DNA of 43,742 nt from Octopus bimaculoides (lineage: Eukaryota): positions 64,757,250 to 64,800,991 of the forward strand of contig NC_068985.1 of assembly GCF_001194135.2 (NCBI RefSeq), in the 5' to 3' direction. Below are positions 22,341-34,796 of the stretch, one piece after another. Positions within the stretch are counted from its first letter, which is position 1. Each line of letters starts with the position of its first letter. The notes below the pieces were generated by a model. It ran no database searches and was not told the origin of the DNA. It worked only from the letters and a program-made list of their open reading frames with translations. Both the position numbers and the translations under genes were made by a program.

Positions 22341-23339
22341 CTGAAGCCACTCATCTTCCCCTAACTTTCTTAGAGACCACCAGATAACAGGACAAAGGAC
22401 TCTGTCAAAAGCTCTCTCCAAGTCAACAAAAGCCAAGTACAGTGGTTTACTTTCGGTGAAATTCTTTTTCTGTAGCTGTCTCTGTAGCACTCTTCCCAGG
22501 TACAAAACCAAATTGCATCTCATCTAGTTTAATTCTTTTCCTAATTGAGTTATAACTCTCTGTAACTTTCATGACCTTGTCCATCAATTTGATACCTCTG
22601 TAGTTGTTTCTATCTAGTTGATATCTCTGTAGTTGTTTCTATCTAAGGCTACATTTGTAGCAGTGAACCATAATACTACTACACCAGTTATTGGGGATGA
22701 CACCTTCCTGAATAACCTGATTAACTATACAGGTGACTGGGCTGCATCCTACACTGCTACATATTTTAATCATCTCAGCAGTAATTCCTGATGGTTCAGG
22801 AGCTTTCCCTGTCTTCATATTCTTAAATAGCCTTATCTATTATACTACTACTGACTCTGATATCTGGTCCCTCAGTTGGTTCTATATTTGAAAGACTCTC
22901 CTTCTCCCATTCATTTTCCACATTTAGTAACCTTTCAAAGTGGCACATCCATGCATCTTTGTTTTCTGAGTCACTAAATGCAAGCATACTATTATCCATT
23001 TGCACGCTTTTCTCACCCACCACATCACTATTCTTTCTGATACACTGCTTTGCAATCCTGAATACCTCATGTCTTTGACCCTCTTACTGTAGAACATTGG
23101 CAAATCTCTTACTTTCTGCTATTCGTTTTGCTATGTAAACTTGTCACCTAGCTGCCCTTCTGGCTACCTGATTATAATTCTCTGCTTCCACTGTTTTTCC
23201 AATCTTTCCAGGCCTATCTCTTTGCTTTTATAGCAGTGTCTACCTTCTTGCTCTTGGCTTAGCTTGGACTTTGCACCAGCCTCATATTTGGTGTGTAACC
23301 CTTAGTAGATTATCCTTGTTATGAGAGAATCCTGAACAT
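22341..23339 (-). mobile_element. RTE LINE, downstream half (split by the Gypsy element)
   Basis: Motifs AFVDLERAFDRV, LLNVENEWEKESL and NYRGI-like are present. It is colinear with 31785-32730. Confidence 0.85.
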
Positions 23340-23482
23340 CTCCATATGACTGAAGGTGGACTAACTGATTACAATAGATAAGAACTGGGTGAACTGTCGG
23401 CGGAGTAGTTGACAGTGTTAGTTCGACTGCTTTAGTTTGACGCATGTTGATTTAACAGTCAGTCATTGAACAGTGAATACTG

Positions 23483-26400
23483 GGTTCTAGGTAAATTCCA
23501 CTGCGGAAATCTGTCTGTCTCTTAAGTCTTAAAAAGAGAGAGAGAGAGAGTCTCAAGGTGAGATAGAAAATAATCTTTATAATCTACTTGAATTGAGATG
23601 GGATCACTTTAATGTACTCTCATTGAGCAAGAATCTATGAGAAAGACAAAATTTCAAAAGATAAAGAAAGAAAAGATTAAATTTTAGCACACATTTTATT
23701 ATAACAATAGGATAAAAAGTAACAGTGAGTACATTGTGAAGCAGAGTTAGGATAAGAAAGTTTAATTTATTTTAAAATAAAATTTCTTAAGACAAATGTG
23801 TGCAATATTTCTTAAAAATTGCAGAGGGTTTTCATTTTGATATTCCTGAACTAGCTTCTTCAGTCATGCATCAGTAATTTGATAGGTCTTTTTTCTTTGT
23901 TGTTGAGTCTCCACGTTGATTGTGTGCAATTTTTGTCTGGTTTAATCCTTCCTCAGCTTTAAGGGCGGTACATAGTTTCTACAAATTTGGGTGTGTGGAT
24001 GTTAGTGATGAGCACAAAGCATTGTGGAACCCGTCTAAAGAATTATTTGATCTTGGCAAGTCCTTTAAGATGTGATCACATATATTCCAGAGTTGTATAG
24101 GAAAATGTGGGGTTTCTCTTTGCCGACGAGGACCACACCTTACAATCCCAATGTATGTAATCTCAAAATAGGTGATAAACTCAGAAGGAATGTCTTCATT
24201 GTCAGACAAATCTTCAAATACACTGATGTCCTCAATTGACAAAAATGCTAAAGCACAAAAGCACTTAATTTTAAGCTGAAATCTTTCATCTGTATTGTAT
24301 CTCATACTCTCACCAAGTGCACATATCTTCCACCAACAAGACTGTCCAAGATGAAAAACTCACCCAACTACTTCTGAATATGGAAATAGAGAAACAAATG
24401 CATTAAGGAGAGCTTTTTCAAAGTTCATGAGACAGGTTACAAGTCAGCAATTTGGTCTTAAATCACGCACAGAAGACGATATGAGGCTTCTTTTTTGTCG
24501 GGAAGTAAAGCAAGTAGTCAGAACACACACAAACTTCCAGTGATGATGTGTAGTGACACTGACTGACTCCACAAACTAGGAGATACCTTGAAAGTTCCAT
24601 CACAGGCCCAATTCTTAGAGCTTTCTAGACCATCCAAGCCTTTTTCTGAGGAAAAAACTAAAATTCTGTCTGGATCATCAAAACTACTGTCAAAGACCAA
24701 AAACAAAGATCCATCTTCTAAATACTTAACTGTATCAGGAATTTCAGTCCTGACATACAAGTTGGAAGTGCTGGAATCCCTAAAGCATGCTGCCTCCAGT
24801 TACATATGTTATGTGAAAGTCCAAGAATGGTTTGCAACTGTGATTTTGTTTCCTCATTGAAATTTTGCACAGCAGTTACTTCCCATGAAGATACTGTGCC
24901 TGTTTTCATTACTTTATTCTTCATTGATTCAGCTGCCTTTCGGACATTAACTTGTGCACTGCTTGCAGAGTGATTATGGGAGCCCGATGAAAAAATTACT
25001 CCTGGTTCACTGATTTTGTAATTTGTATGCAGTCTAGCTTGGCAACCTTTATAAAACTGTTCACAACACCATTCTGTCTTGATTTTTTTACTGTTGCTTT
25101 CATGCTTTCTGTATATATAATTCTATTCATCACAAAACTTTCATTTGTTCTTCTCAGATGTAATAAATGTGGCAGCCATAGTTGAGGGAATCAGAGTTTC
25201 TTTGGAGGTGTCTTCAGCTCTGGTGTTGAGTGCATATCATTTTCTTTTTCCTTGTTTTTTTTTTTACGATTCTTCAATGCAGTGTTCATAACTGTCAGCA
25301 GGCGACTGACATCCCTGTCAAATTTCCTGCTGAAATACCCGCCGGTTGGCTCCAGCAGCTATAGCTAGTTAACTGTCATATGACACAACTTAAGCTTCAA
25401 TTGACCTATAGAGGGGAAGGGCACGTAATTTTGACCCGTGCTCTCTCTAGGCCTACCTTCCAACAGAGTTGTTTGAATTTCAGTTCCATCAGCCAATGCC
25501 GACTAGCTGTCAAACCTTTGAACCATTGGGCAGTGGGGCACACAATGAATGAGATATGTTCTCTTGGCTGACCTGTCAAGTAGCGACACTTTTTAAGTGT
25601 CAGCCACCCTCACCTGGCGACACTGTTTTTCAGTCAGCATGTTATGGCTTTTGAACCATTTCAAGTCTTCTTGTTTCAGCCATATATAGAAGCTGGCCAT
25701 TTCAACTGCCTCCTGTATCCTCCTTATTAGTTTTCTCAGCTCCTCGCTGAAAAATTCAAATCTTCTTTTATATGGTATCGCCATTTTTCTTTCGATGAAG
25801 TCCCTTGCTCCCCACTGCCAAGTGGTAATACTTGATAGCCCACCCCTGTTCCTACACTCTCCTATTAATCTCTCATACATCCTCTCCTTCCATTGCTCTG
25901 CATTAGCGATGTTCTCTTCTCACGGCACTGTCAGCTCGATCAAAATTCCAATTTTCCATTCTGTATTCCAAAGGATTAAGTCCAGTCTTTTTATTGTTAT
26001 TATGAGTGGGAATATTACTTGTCTTTCCAAATCCATGGCCAGCTCCCAGTATCCTTTCCATCTTTCGTCAGTCTTGTATACTTTTCTAGGCCAGGTCTTA
26101 TGTCCTTTTCCCTCCTTCTGGAAGTATATCCTTCTGCGCTTTTCCACTTTTGGGTACTCTCCCCTATGGTACTCCTTGGTTGGGATGCCATGTATATCTG
26201 TCCAGTGCCAGCCTGCAGTTTGACAAGACATGTCTCATAGTCACTTTCTCTCCGCATTTACATTCATCAGCCATTTGTATGTTCCACCAGACTAAGCTGG
26301 CTGGTGACGGCATACTTTTTTGTTCCATAGAAGTTTCTGTCTTGTAAATACTGTATAATATTTTTATCTATCATTGAATATCTGCTTTGTTTTATAAATT

Positions 26401-26739
26401 TCAATGAATCTCTTTTTGATACTGCTTCCTCATTCAGGTGTTTAAAGTATTCACCATATATTTCTTTATGTGATTGTTCCTTAAATATTTTTTCTCCCTC
26501 ATATTTTTTGTATTCATTGACATTATTGATATTATTTTTCATGCATTCTTTTTTTATATTTCCATAATATTGTAACCTAGATGATGATGATGATGATGAT
26601 GATGGTGATGGTGATGGTGATTTCACCTATGGTGAAATTTACCATGGTGGAATATACCGTGGTGGAATTTACCTATGGTGAAATTTACCTGGTGGAATTT
26701 TCCGTGGTGGAATTTACCTCAGTGGAATTTATCGGTCAC
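23483..26739 (-). mobile_element. MULE DNA transposon 1 (FLYWCH + MULE transposase), decayed
   Basis: FLYWCH-like EWCCEQFYKGCQARLHT...HNH near 25000-25100, WACDGTFKVSP, and FPIQLWN...RSNNSLDGFHN. Subterminal GGTAAATTCCAC repeats lie at 23490-23510 and 26622-26739. TSD is TGAATACTG (23474-23482) / TAAATACTG (26740-26748). Confidence 0.85.
25255..26580 (-). mobile_element. 3' fragment of a REL-endonuclease non-LTR element (HERO/R4/NeSL-like)
   Basis: CKCGEKVTMRHVLSNCRLALDRYTWHPN (CCHC knuckle), WELAMDL...LDLILWN...ILIELTVP and EAVEMASFYIWLK, with poly(A) at 25255-25265 (a T-run on plus). Confidence 0.75.
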
Positions 26740-26943
26740 TAAATACTGAGTATTATGCCTCTGTTTAAGTAGTACGGAGTGCATTCTGTTTTAACATATA
26801 TTTCTGTGATAGGTTATTTTTAGATGACCACAACCAACTTTTTGTTTGTGTAATACCATTTTACACCAGGTGTGTACCCATATCATAACATTTTTGGCAA
26901 TGAGATTATTCGAAGCACATACTGGACTGATTTTTGCTTCAAC

Positions 26944-27875
26944 ATGGAAGGTTTACTAGCTTTGGTAATTCAATTACAGCAACAGCAACTGTTAGTACAA
27001 CTGATACAGAAGAAAACAGAAAATACATCTAGTTCATTCACCCCTGACATTGTTGCAAACTTGATCGGAGAGTTCGCATATAACCCAGAGGAGGATACTA
27101 TCTTCTCTGCTTATTTTAGACAATATGAGAAAATTATTAGAGAAGAATGCTGCGACTGGCAAGACGAGAAAAAAACTCTACTTTTGTTGTGAAAGTTGGC
27201 ACCAGCTGAGCATGAGAAATATTGCAATTACATATTACCAAAGATACTGGGTGAAACTTGTTTTGAAGAAACTGAATATTCTGTCAAAGATTTTCAGTGA
27301 AAAAAGCTCTTTATTTAATATGCACTCGCAATGCATGAATATTACAAAAAAAAGTGGACAAAGATTTTTTGTACATATGTTGGAATCATTAAATAGGGAA
27401 TGCGAGTGGTTAGTAGCTTGCTTACCAACCACATGGTTCTGGGTTCAGTGTCCTCTGCATGGTACCTTGGGCAAGTGTCTTCTACTATAGCCTTGGGCTG
27501 ACCAAAGCTTTGTGAGTGGATTTGGTAGATGGAAACTGAAAGAAGCCTGTCATATATATATATGTGTATATATACATGTGTGTGTTTGTCCCCTAACATT
27601 GCTTGACAACCTGTAACTTAGCAGTTCGTCAAAAGAGGCCAATAGAATAAGTACTAGGCTTATAAAGAATAAGTCCTGGGGTTGATTTGCTCGACTAAAG
27701 GCAGTGCTCCAGCATGGCTGAAGTAAAAGAATAAAAGAATAACACCAGATAATGCTTAAATGCTTAATTTTTGTGCAAGGTTTAACGGTAAAGAAAGATG
27801 TGGAAATTCATAAACGAATTCTGATTAAATTAGAGCAGGATCTGAAGTTAACATTACAAGAAATAACTGAGGAAT
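26944..27875 (+). pseudogene. Gypsy gag remnant (SINE-interrupted)
   Basis: MEGLLALV...EFAYNPEEDTIFSAYFRQYE...WQDEKKTLLLL.KL...NYILPK and KCLIFVQGL...RIL.KLEQD. Confidence 0.75.
27402..27742 (+). mobile_element. tRNA-derived SINE inserted in Gypsy gag
   Basis: GAGTGGTTAG...GGGTTCAGTG head, CCTTGGGCAAGTGTCTT body, internal microsatellite, AAGTCCTGGGGTTGATTTGCTCGACT segment and an (AAGAATAA)n tail. Confidence 0.8.
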
Positions 27876-27889
27876 TTATAAAGTACCCC

Positions 27890-29140
27890 AAAAAAACACA
27901 TATCTCAGTAGCCTGTGGTCCGATTTATGCAAAACTTGTTTTATTCCATTTGTATTCACATAAGCATCCAATTCATGATGTCTCCTGTTTTTGTCTCTTT
28001 CCATCGCCAGACGTTCAGCTCTCCAAGTGTCTGATTCCTGATCTCTCCTGCTTCTGTCTCTTTCCCTATGTTCCACCAGATGCTCAGACCTTGCTTTATC
28101 AGTCTCATTGATCCTTCTTTTCGCATGCCTGTCCCTATCTTGGATAAATATTTCGTAAATGACCCATTTGTACTTCGGTGTGAAATAGTTTTTTCCATGG
28201 GTTTTTTTGAGTGCATTCAACATATCTTACTTCCAGACCCACCGCAAACCACTTCCTTCTGGGAAAGAAAGGGGGAAGGGTTGTGGGGACCTCAGAGTTT
28301 CCTGGAAAACTCTGACTTTCCCACCAACAGAGTTTCGTTTCATGGGTTTTTTTCTTCTTTTCCAGGTTATTTTGCATGCTTTCAACAAATATGATATCAG
28401 ATCTGGTTGCTACTTTTTGCATGCCCTGCTACCATGTAACAGTTATTTTGGGTCCTTTATTGCAAATAGCTGTTATGTGGTAGCAGGGCATGCTAGAAAT
28501 AGCAGCCAAATCTTTGGAGGTGAGATACATTGAATGCACTTGAAAAAATCCTATGAAAACAAGTTATTTCACACCGAGGTTATGAATGGGTCTTTTACAA
28601 AATATTTACCATATTTTTAAAGTCATTTTCTCTTTAAAATATTTTTTAAATATGCCAAAAAAAATTTTTGTAATGTTATTTGCCTGAAAATAATTCTTAA
28701 AAAGATTAAAATATTGTCTGTTTAAAGAAAGCTAAAATATACTTACTGTACAAACAAACATACATTTTTGAAATCACATTCACTTAAAAATATTTGTAAA
28801 TGATTGAAATATTGTGTTTAACAAAAGCGGAAATAGAAACATTTATTGTAAGAAAAAACTCATATTTTTTTCGTTGTTAAGTCACTTAGACTTTTGCCCA
28901 TCATAGTGTGTCTAACCGAAAGGTTAGAGTTTCTCCCCTTTCAAGGTTAAGTTATTTTCGGAGTATTTTCCCATTATACACCATTTTGGGTATCTATTCC
29001 CCCAAATCCCTGATATCTCAAGAACCACTAGTCTGATTTATGCGAAACTTGTTTCATTCTGTTTGTATTCACATTTCAGGTGAAACTTAATTCATAGTAT
29101 TTTCCCATTACATGCCAGTTTGGCTGTGTAACATTGCAAG
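27890..29140. mobile_element. Unclassified insertion inside the Gypsy element (replaces the protease region), containing nested inverted repeats
   Basis: Direct repeat at ~27900-27962 and ~29013-29075. Outer IR 28145-28235/28515-28607 and inner IR 28399-28450/28463-28513. An R/E-rich minus ORF at 27876-28223 resembles Helitron N-terminal coiled repeats. Confidence 0.45.
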
Positions 29141-29169
29141 CAAGCAAGATTGAACTTCATTTTTAATAT

Positions 29170-31230
29170 AATATAGACAACTACCAATTGCCTAGATCAG
29201 AGCAAATCTTCTCAAATCTAAACAGTGGAAAATGTTCTCGAAATTAGATCTTTCTGATGCTTACTTACAAATACAAGTGAAAGATGGATATACTAAACTG
29301 CTAACAATTAATACCCATAAAAGGTCTGTACAAATTTATCTGGCTCCTGTTTGGCATAAAAGTTACTCCGGCTATATTCCAACAAGTGATGGATGCAATA
29401 CCCGCAGAGTGTAACTTTGCGATGGCCTACCTGGATGATATATTAATTAAATGTTAATCTTGTGATCAGCATGTCAAGCATGTACAATGTTTTTGAAAAA
29501 AATAAGAGATTACGATTTCAAACTGGGTGAGGAGAAATGTGAATTTTTCTTGCCTAAAATTAAGTTCTTAGACAAATTATTGATAAGAACGGTCGTCAAC
29601 CAGATCCATCAAGGGAAGATGCAATTAAGAATATTCCCCCTCCAACAAATATATCTACCTTATAAGCTTTTTTGGGACTTATAAGATTTATATACCAAAT
29701 ATTCACAAGGTAAGAGCTCCACTAAATAATTCACTAAAAAAAGATGTAAAGTGGAATTAGTCTGGAAATTGTCAGAAGGCATTTGACAGAACTAGAAAGA
29801 TATTAACAGATTTGTATTTAGCACATTTTGATTCTGCATTGGAGATTGTATTAGCTTCAGATGCCAGTTTGAATAATTCTACATAAAGATGAGGATGGTA
29901 CATAAATAGCAATAATCCTACATAAATATGAGGATGGTAACATGAAGGGCATGGCCAATGTTTCACATTCTTTGCTATCAGCAGAGAAAAATTACAGCCA
30001 AATTGAAAAAGAGGCTTTCGTGATTATTTTTGCTATAAAAAAATTTCATATATTCTTATGCAGAAGTTTTTGATTACAGACTGACCATTGTCCATTATTA
30101 TCTATATATGGGTCAAAGAAGGGAATCCCTACCCATGCTGCTAATAGGTTGCAATGCTGGAGTACTATATAACTACATTACTATTTTAAGATAGAGTTTA
30201 TACCATCTAAGAAATTAGGGTTTATCAACATTGATGCAAAAAATACTGAACTGTTTGAGGATACTGTGATTGAAGTATTGCAAACAGAAAAAGAAATTAA
30301 AAATATTTTATGTAATGTTTCATAATACATTAGAAGAAATCAAGCTAAAAATGGAAAATGATGAATTTATTAAAAGATGAAAGGAATTCTGAGTGCTGGA
30401 AAAAGAAATATAAATATGCGTTTTGGCTAATGCAACACAAATTCAAACCTGTTCTCAATTTGTGACAATGTACTAATGTATGCACAAAGAGAGGTTGCTG
30501 ACCGCACTACAGAAACGAATACTGAAAGTATTTCACATTCATCACCCAGAGATTTCAACAACGAAATCATTGATGAGAAGCTATGTGTATTGGCCAAGAA
30601 TGAACTGAGAGATTGAAGAACTAGTGAAAGCATGCAGAGGCTGTGCTCTAGCAGCAAAATCACCTACCACAACATGGCAACTGTGGCCAAAAACAGATAT
30701 CTTATGGTCTAGACTGCACGTTGATTTTGCGTGGCCTGAAGTACATAAGTGTAAAAAAACTGACATTCTTGGTTACAGTAAGTTTTTTACACGAATTGTT
30801 CACCAGATATGGAATTCCTGATACCATTTTGTTTGACAATCGAACTCAGTTTACTGCAGATGAGTTCAAAAGGCTCTGTAAAATATTCTCTGTGAAACAT
30901 GTGACCACTTTGCCATATCATTCTAGACCAAATAGACAAGCAAAGCTTTTTGGTGATACATTTAAGAGAGCTTTAAAGAAAGTGAACAATAAAATTATGG
31001 ATGACCTAGCACTTTCACAGTTTTTGAGTGTATATCAAGTGACACCAAATCCCAATACCCCATCTGGAATGTCACCTGCACAATTAATGTTTGCTATGAA
31101 GATTAGGTCAGTGTTCAACAAGTTACGAGGTAAAACAAAAGAAAAATATCAGACAACAAATATAATGCAAAAGTTTTCAAAATTGGTGACAATGTTTTCT
31201 TTAAAATGTGTATTAAAACGGTAAAGAAAC
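29170..31230 (+). pseudogene. Gypsy pol remnant (RT, RNase H, integrase)
   Basis: Motifs FSKLDLSDAYLQI, YLDDILI, LASDAS, YSQIEKEA, QTDHCPL, YVYWP, WSRLHVDFA and PDTILFDNRTQF, with many frameshifts. Confidence 0.9.
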
Positions 31231-31784
31231 GTGGAACGGCAGAGTGATTACTAAACAGATTGGGAAAGTGTTATTTTTGGTAAAAGGTTGCAACTCCAAA
31301 TATAATAGACATATAAGTCAACATAAAAAAAGGTCTACTGAGGAAACAGTCTCAAGAAATGAAATTCGAAGTCTTTTATGATACATTCGATGTACCAAAA
31401 CCTAAACAAACTGTGGAAACTACATGTTCAAGTATGAAAAAAAAGAAAATGAACAGAAGTACTTGAAATAGACCCTAAACACAAAAGATATTAAGCTCTG
31501 GGCAGAGTTAAATTCTGAAAAAGGGACGATGTCATTTGGAGAAGGTAGACTAACTGATTACAATAAATAAGAACTGAGTGAACTGTCAGTGGAGTAGTTG
31601 ACGGTGTTAGTTTGGCACAGTTGGTAGTTGAACAGTGAATACTGAGTATTGTACCTACATCGAAGTAGTATGGAGTGCATTTTGTGTTGACATATATTTC
31701 TGTGATAGGTTATTTTTAGATAACCATAACCAACTATTTGTATAATACTATTTTACACCAGACATGTATACCCACATCATAACA

Positions 31785-32730
31785 GTCCTCTAAGCTATAT
31801 ATCCCCAACTCTTCCTTTCTTTTGTCAGAAACTTCCACTAGAATATCTCTAAATTTCTTTCTGCTTGCTGGGTATTGGAGCTTCCATAATCTTTTCCTGA
31901 ACAGTTTATTTCTCCAAGTCTTTTTAGCTCTAATTCTGAAGTCACTAACTAGTAACCTAGGTTACCCTTCACCTGGGAAAGACTTTGCATTAGCAAGCAT
32001 CTCTCTATCTTGTTGCCTGATTTTGATGTAATCAATCTGGCTTATGTGCTCCCAGACTGATAAGTGATTAGGTGGCTGGCTGGTTTTCTGAAGTTAGTGT
32101 TGCAGGTCATGAGATCATTTGCATCACAAAATTCCAGCAGTCTTATTCCCTCCTCATTCCTAGGGCCAAAACCATATCTACTATGCACTCCACAGAATCT
32201 ATGGGGATGCTGCCCAACATGTCCATTGAAGCCACCAACCACAATAACCAAGTCTGTCATTTGTCATTGAAGTAGTCTGCAAAAGCGCCTCGTACGATTG
32301 GTTGTTCTGCTCAGCAGCCAAACGGAGGAGCATAGTCAGAGATAAATGTAACTGTTAACTTATCTATAAGTCTCAGCTTAATTAGCCTATCACATACTCT
32401 GACTACTTTAATTACCTTATTTACCCACATTTCTGCTAACAGTGTGCCTACACCACCCACTTCATCACTCCTGCCTACTCAGAAAAATTTGAACCTTTGT
32501 CTCTTACCAGTGAGGAATTTAGCTAAGGCTCCCCTCCATCTTACTTCTTGCAGACCACATGTCATCATGGTGTCACTCCAGCATTTCAATAATCTCACCA
32601 CTCCTTCCTTTCATTATGCCAACATTGATGGTAGTGGCCTTCAGATTGTATACTTAGGAGTGGCAGTTGGAAGGCAGTCATTGTGGAACTTTTGTCGTCA
32701 CCTGAAAAGACAATCTGCACACACTTGCTA
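31785..32730 (-). mobile_element. RTE LINE, upstream (APE) half
   Basis: TINVG..., VIVVGGFNGHVG...GFGPRNEEGIRLLEFCDANDL and QIDYI. It continues into 23339 once the Gypsy element is removed. Confidence 0.85.
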
Positions 32731-33455
32731 GCTAGCATAGAGCTTTGCAATTTCCTCAGTTACATACTGAGCAAGAGTCAAGAAGGAAGAGATGAAGAGA
32801 GTATGAAAGTAGGGCATGTACGTTGACCAGGAAAAGAAGATAGGATGGCTACACAGGACGGTTTAAGTATTATATGTCTAAATATTTATATATGTGGTAC
32901 CTTTAGATGTATACAGCTCACACACAAGCACTTGCATACAGGTATATAGTGCAAAGCAAAATAGATGCTCCTACCCACAGCACAGAAAGAGTATATGAGT
33001 TGCCAGGGAACAGTTCATGTGCGTTTAGATTAAAATGGTGGGTAAACAGAGAGAAGAGTAAGCAAAATATACACCCCTATCCATAACACAGGAGCAGTAT
33101 ATGAGTTGCCAGGGAAACAGTTTATGTATGTTTAAATTAAAATGGTGGTGGCAGGGAGGGTAAGCAGACATAACAAGCATGCAAAAGTGTACACTGTTCA
33201 GAACCTATGTAAACAAATATTAGTCCCCACATCGTTAAATGGACTTACAAGATGTTGCAGTATATATATATATAGTCTGCAAATGAGATCCAGAGATTCC
33301 CAGTATAGAAGACACTGGGATTCAAACTTAAACTCCAATATCTTTACAGGTGATCGATTCCACGAGGTAAAGAATGGCTATAAGAGAGATCAAATTAGAT
33401 ACATTAAATATATTAAATATAATAGTTAGGGGATGAAATACAAAATATGGATATA

Positions 33456-34772
33456 CAGGGGTTGGGCAAAATAATGAAAACACCTAGCATCACCATTTTG
33501 AAATATCTATAAAGCTGTGAAAGAAGCAGTAATTTTAGAAAAACATTAAGCAACACTATTAATAAATGAAAAAACAAAAAATAATCTATAAAACTGTCAA
33601 AAGCTTGTTTATTTTTATGTTTTTTCATTTATTAATAGTGTTGCTTAATGTTTTGCTAAAATTACTGTTTCTTTTCAGATATCATCAGAAAAAGGTAATT
33701 AAAATGACAGATCTATTGGACTTTCAAAGCGGTCCAATTGTTGGTGCTCGTATGGCAGGTGCTAGTGTAACGAAAACAGCTAAAATGTTTGGTGTATCAA
33801 GAAGTACTGTCTCGAAAGTAATGACAGCCTTTGAGAAAGAGGGGAAAAACCTCCTCGTCGAAACAAAACTCCGGAAGAAAACCAAAACTTTCAGATAGGG
33901 ACCATCAGACTCTTACGCTAATTGTTAGAAAAGATCACAAAAATACAGCTCCCAAAATTAGTGCAGACTTAATGACCACCTCGAGAACCCAGTTTCCACA
34001 AAAATTGTTCGCCAGGAGCTGCACAAAGCCAGATTTCACGGGAGGGCTGCAATCAGAAAACCACTACTTTCAAAAACAAACGTTGCAAAGCGTTTAGAGT
34101 GGAGTAAAAACCTACAGAATTGGTCTCTGGAGCAGTGGAAGTATGTTGTTTTCTTGTATAAGTCATGCTTTCGGCCAAGTATACATGTGGAGACAGCCAA
34201 AAGAAGCATTTGACCTAGACTGCCTTCTTCCAACTGTTAAACATGAAGGAGGATCTGTGATGATTGGTGGGGGGCTATATCTTGGAAATACACCAGCCCA
34301 ATGGTTTCCCTTCATGGCAGAATTAATAGTGAAGAGTATTTAAGTATTTTATCCGATCAAATTCATCCTATGGTTGTAGAACTGTTTCCAGAGGGAAATG
34401 CAATCTTTCAGGATGATAATGCACCAATTCACACAGCGAAAATTGTTACTGAATAGCACAAGGAACATTCTAGTGAAGTTGAACATCTTGTCTGGCCATC
34501 ACAGTCCCCAGATCTCAATATTATTGAACATTTATGGTGCATTTTAGAAAAACAAGTAACAAATTGATATCTTCCACCATCATCACTACAAGAACTGGAG
34601 ACTGTTTTAGCCGAAGAATGGACAAAAATTCCTTTGGAAATAATTCAAACTTTGTACGAGTCCATACTTCGTAGAATTGAAACTGTAATTACTGCCAAAT
34701 GTGGTCCTACCCTATATTAAAATGAATTTGTTTGAAATTTTAAGGTGTTTCCATTATTTTGTCCAGCTCCTC
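33456..34772 (+). mobile_element. Tc1-family DNA transposon, full-length with frameshifted transposase
   Basis: TA-CAGGGGTTGGGCAAAATAATGAAAACACC ... GGTGTTTCCATTATTTTGTCCAGCTCCTC-TA. The ORF from ~33703 reads MTDLLDFQSGPIVGARMAGASVTKTA, with later FQDDNAPIH and [15 protein letters not shown]. Confidence 0.92.
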
Positions 34773-34796
34773 TATGTATACATATAAAACGAGAAA

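Larger units (their letters stand above)
23340..31784 (+). mobile_element. Gypsy LTR retrotransposon (Mag/K02A2.6-like), decayed, with the 5' LTR split by a MULE
   Basis: The 5' LTR is 23340-23482 plus 26740-26890. The 3' LTR is 31530-31784 (TG...CA). PBS-like TTTGGCAATGAG follows 26890, and a PPT GAAAAAGGGACGA lies at 31517-31529. Confidence 0.9.

Noticed and set aside
23325-23345. Target-site duplication of the Gypsy element
   Set aside because: GTCCT after the 3' LTR has only an offset, imperfect match (ATCCT) upstream, and the 5' LTR start is decayed.
32985-33150. ~65-bp direct repeat (GTATATGAGTTGCCAGGGAA...ATTAAAATGGTGG)
   Set aside because: Only two diverged copies with no associated structure or ORF. 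Probably a local duplication.
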